Shown: positions 62,033 through 64,000 of the stretch, piece after piece
Layout: each line of letters begins with the position of its first letter
How positions within the stretch are numbered: the stretch's first letter is position 1
Assembly: GCA_023920165.1 (NCBI GenBank)
Contig: CP089278.1
Location: 3,224,001-3,288,000, forward strand
Source of the DNA: Curvularia clavata
Lineage: Eukaryota
Direction of reading: 5' to 3'
DNA length: 64,000 bases
Made by a program: the position numbers and the translations under genes
Notes under the pieces: generated by a model
The model's database searches: none
The model's input: only the letters and a program-made list of their open reading frames with translations
Told to the model about the DNA's origin: nothing

Positions 62033-62191
62033 TACGGGGAAACGACATGAGCCGCGCCACTCCGCTAAGCCATTTATGAGTGCCTGCTTACATAGGGTAC
62101 TGGCCGGCGTTAAATGCACTTGGCAAGTTTCTATCAACATAATGCCCGCCCTTTGCTTTTACACTCCTTTCCTAGGCCATCACACAATACA

Positions 62192-63864
<1,673 letters not shown>

Positions 63865-64000
63865 CTATAACGAGGGTGTAGCTCAAATCTGCATATTATG
63901 GAATTAGCGATTTAGGCGACGGAGGCTACGTGGTAGATCGTGTTGCACGGGCTGATTAAAGCTAGGTGTAGTAGACTTATCACGTCTTGATTATCATAGG

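Overview
Intron-containing filamentous-ascomycete DNA (Dothideomycete/Pleosporales-like, judging by the CYP51 and the Molly-type transposon), in a transposon-rich, RIP-weathered accessory-type region. Left to right: (1) a five-gene amine-catabolism cluster: APC amine/choline-type permease, MAO-N-like flavin amine oxidase, an EutQ-like cupin missed by the ORF track, ALDH and copper amine oxidase. All four soluble proteins carry peroxisomal targeting-like signals, and a nested pair of RIPed pogo/Fot1 elements splits the cluster. (2) A P450 plus FAD monooxygenase pair. (3) A HET/NACHT/HET/AAA-ATPase block, partly pseudogenised. (4) RhoGEF and NACHT relics around a secreted CE5 esterase. (5) A TE graveyard holding a GRE2-like reductase, a tautomerase, an AT-rich Tc1 element with an apparently intact spliced DD34E transposase, and two apparently identical unRIPed Molly-like elements. 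(6) A HET gene, an SDR pseudogene destroyed three ways, and, divergent from it, an intact and somewhat atypical CYP51B-type sterol 14-alpha-demethylase with a young transposon about 1.25 kb upstream of its ATG. Family calls come from motifs recognised by eye; no database search was run.
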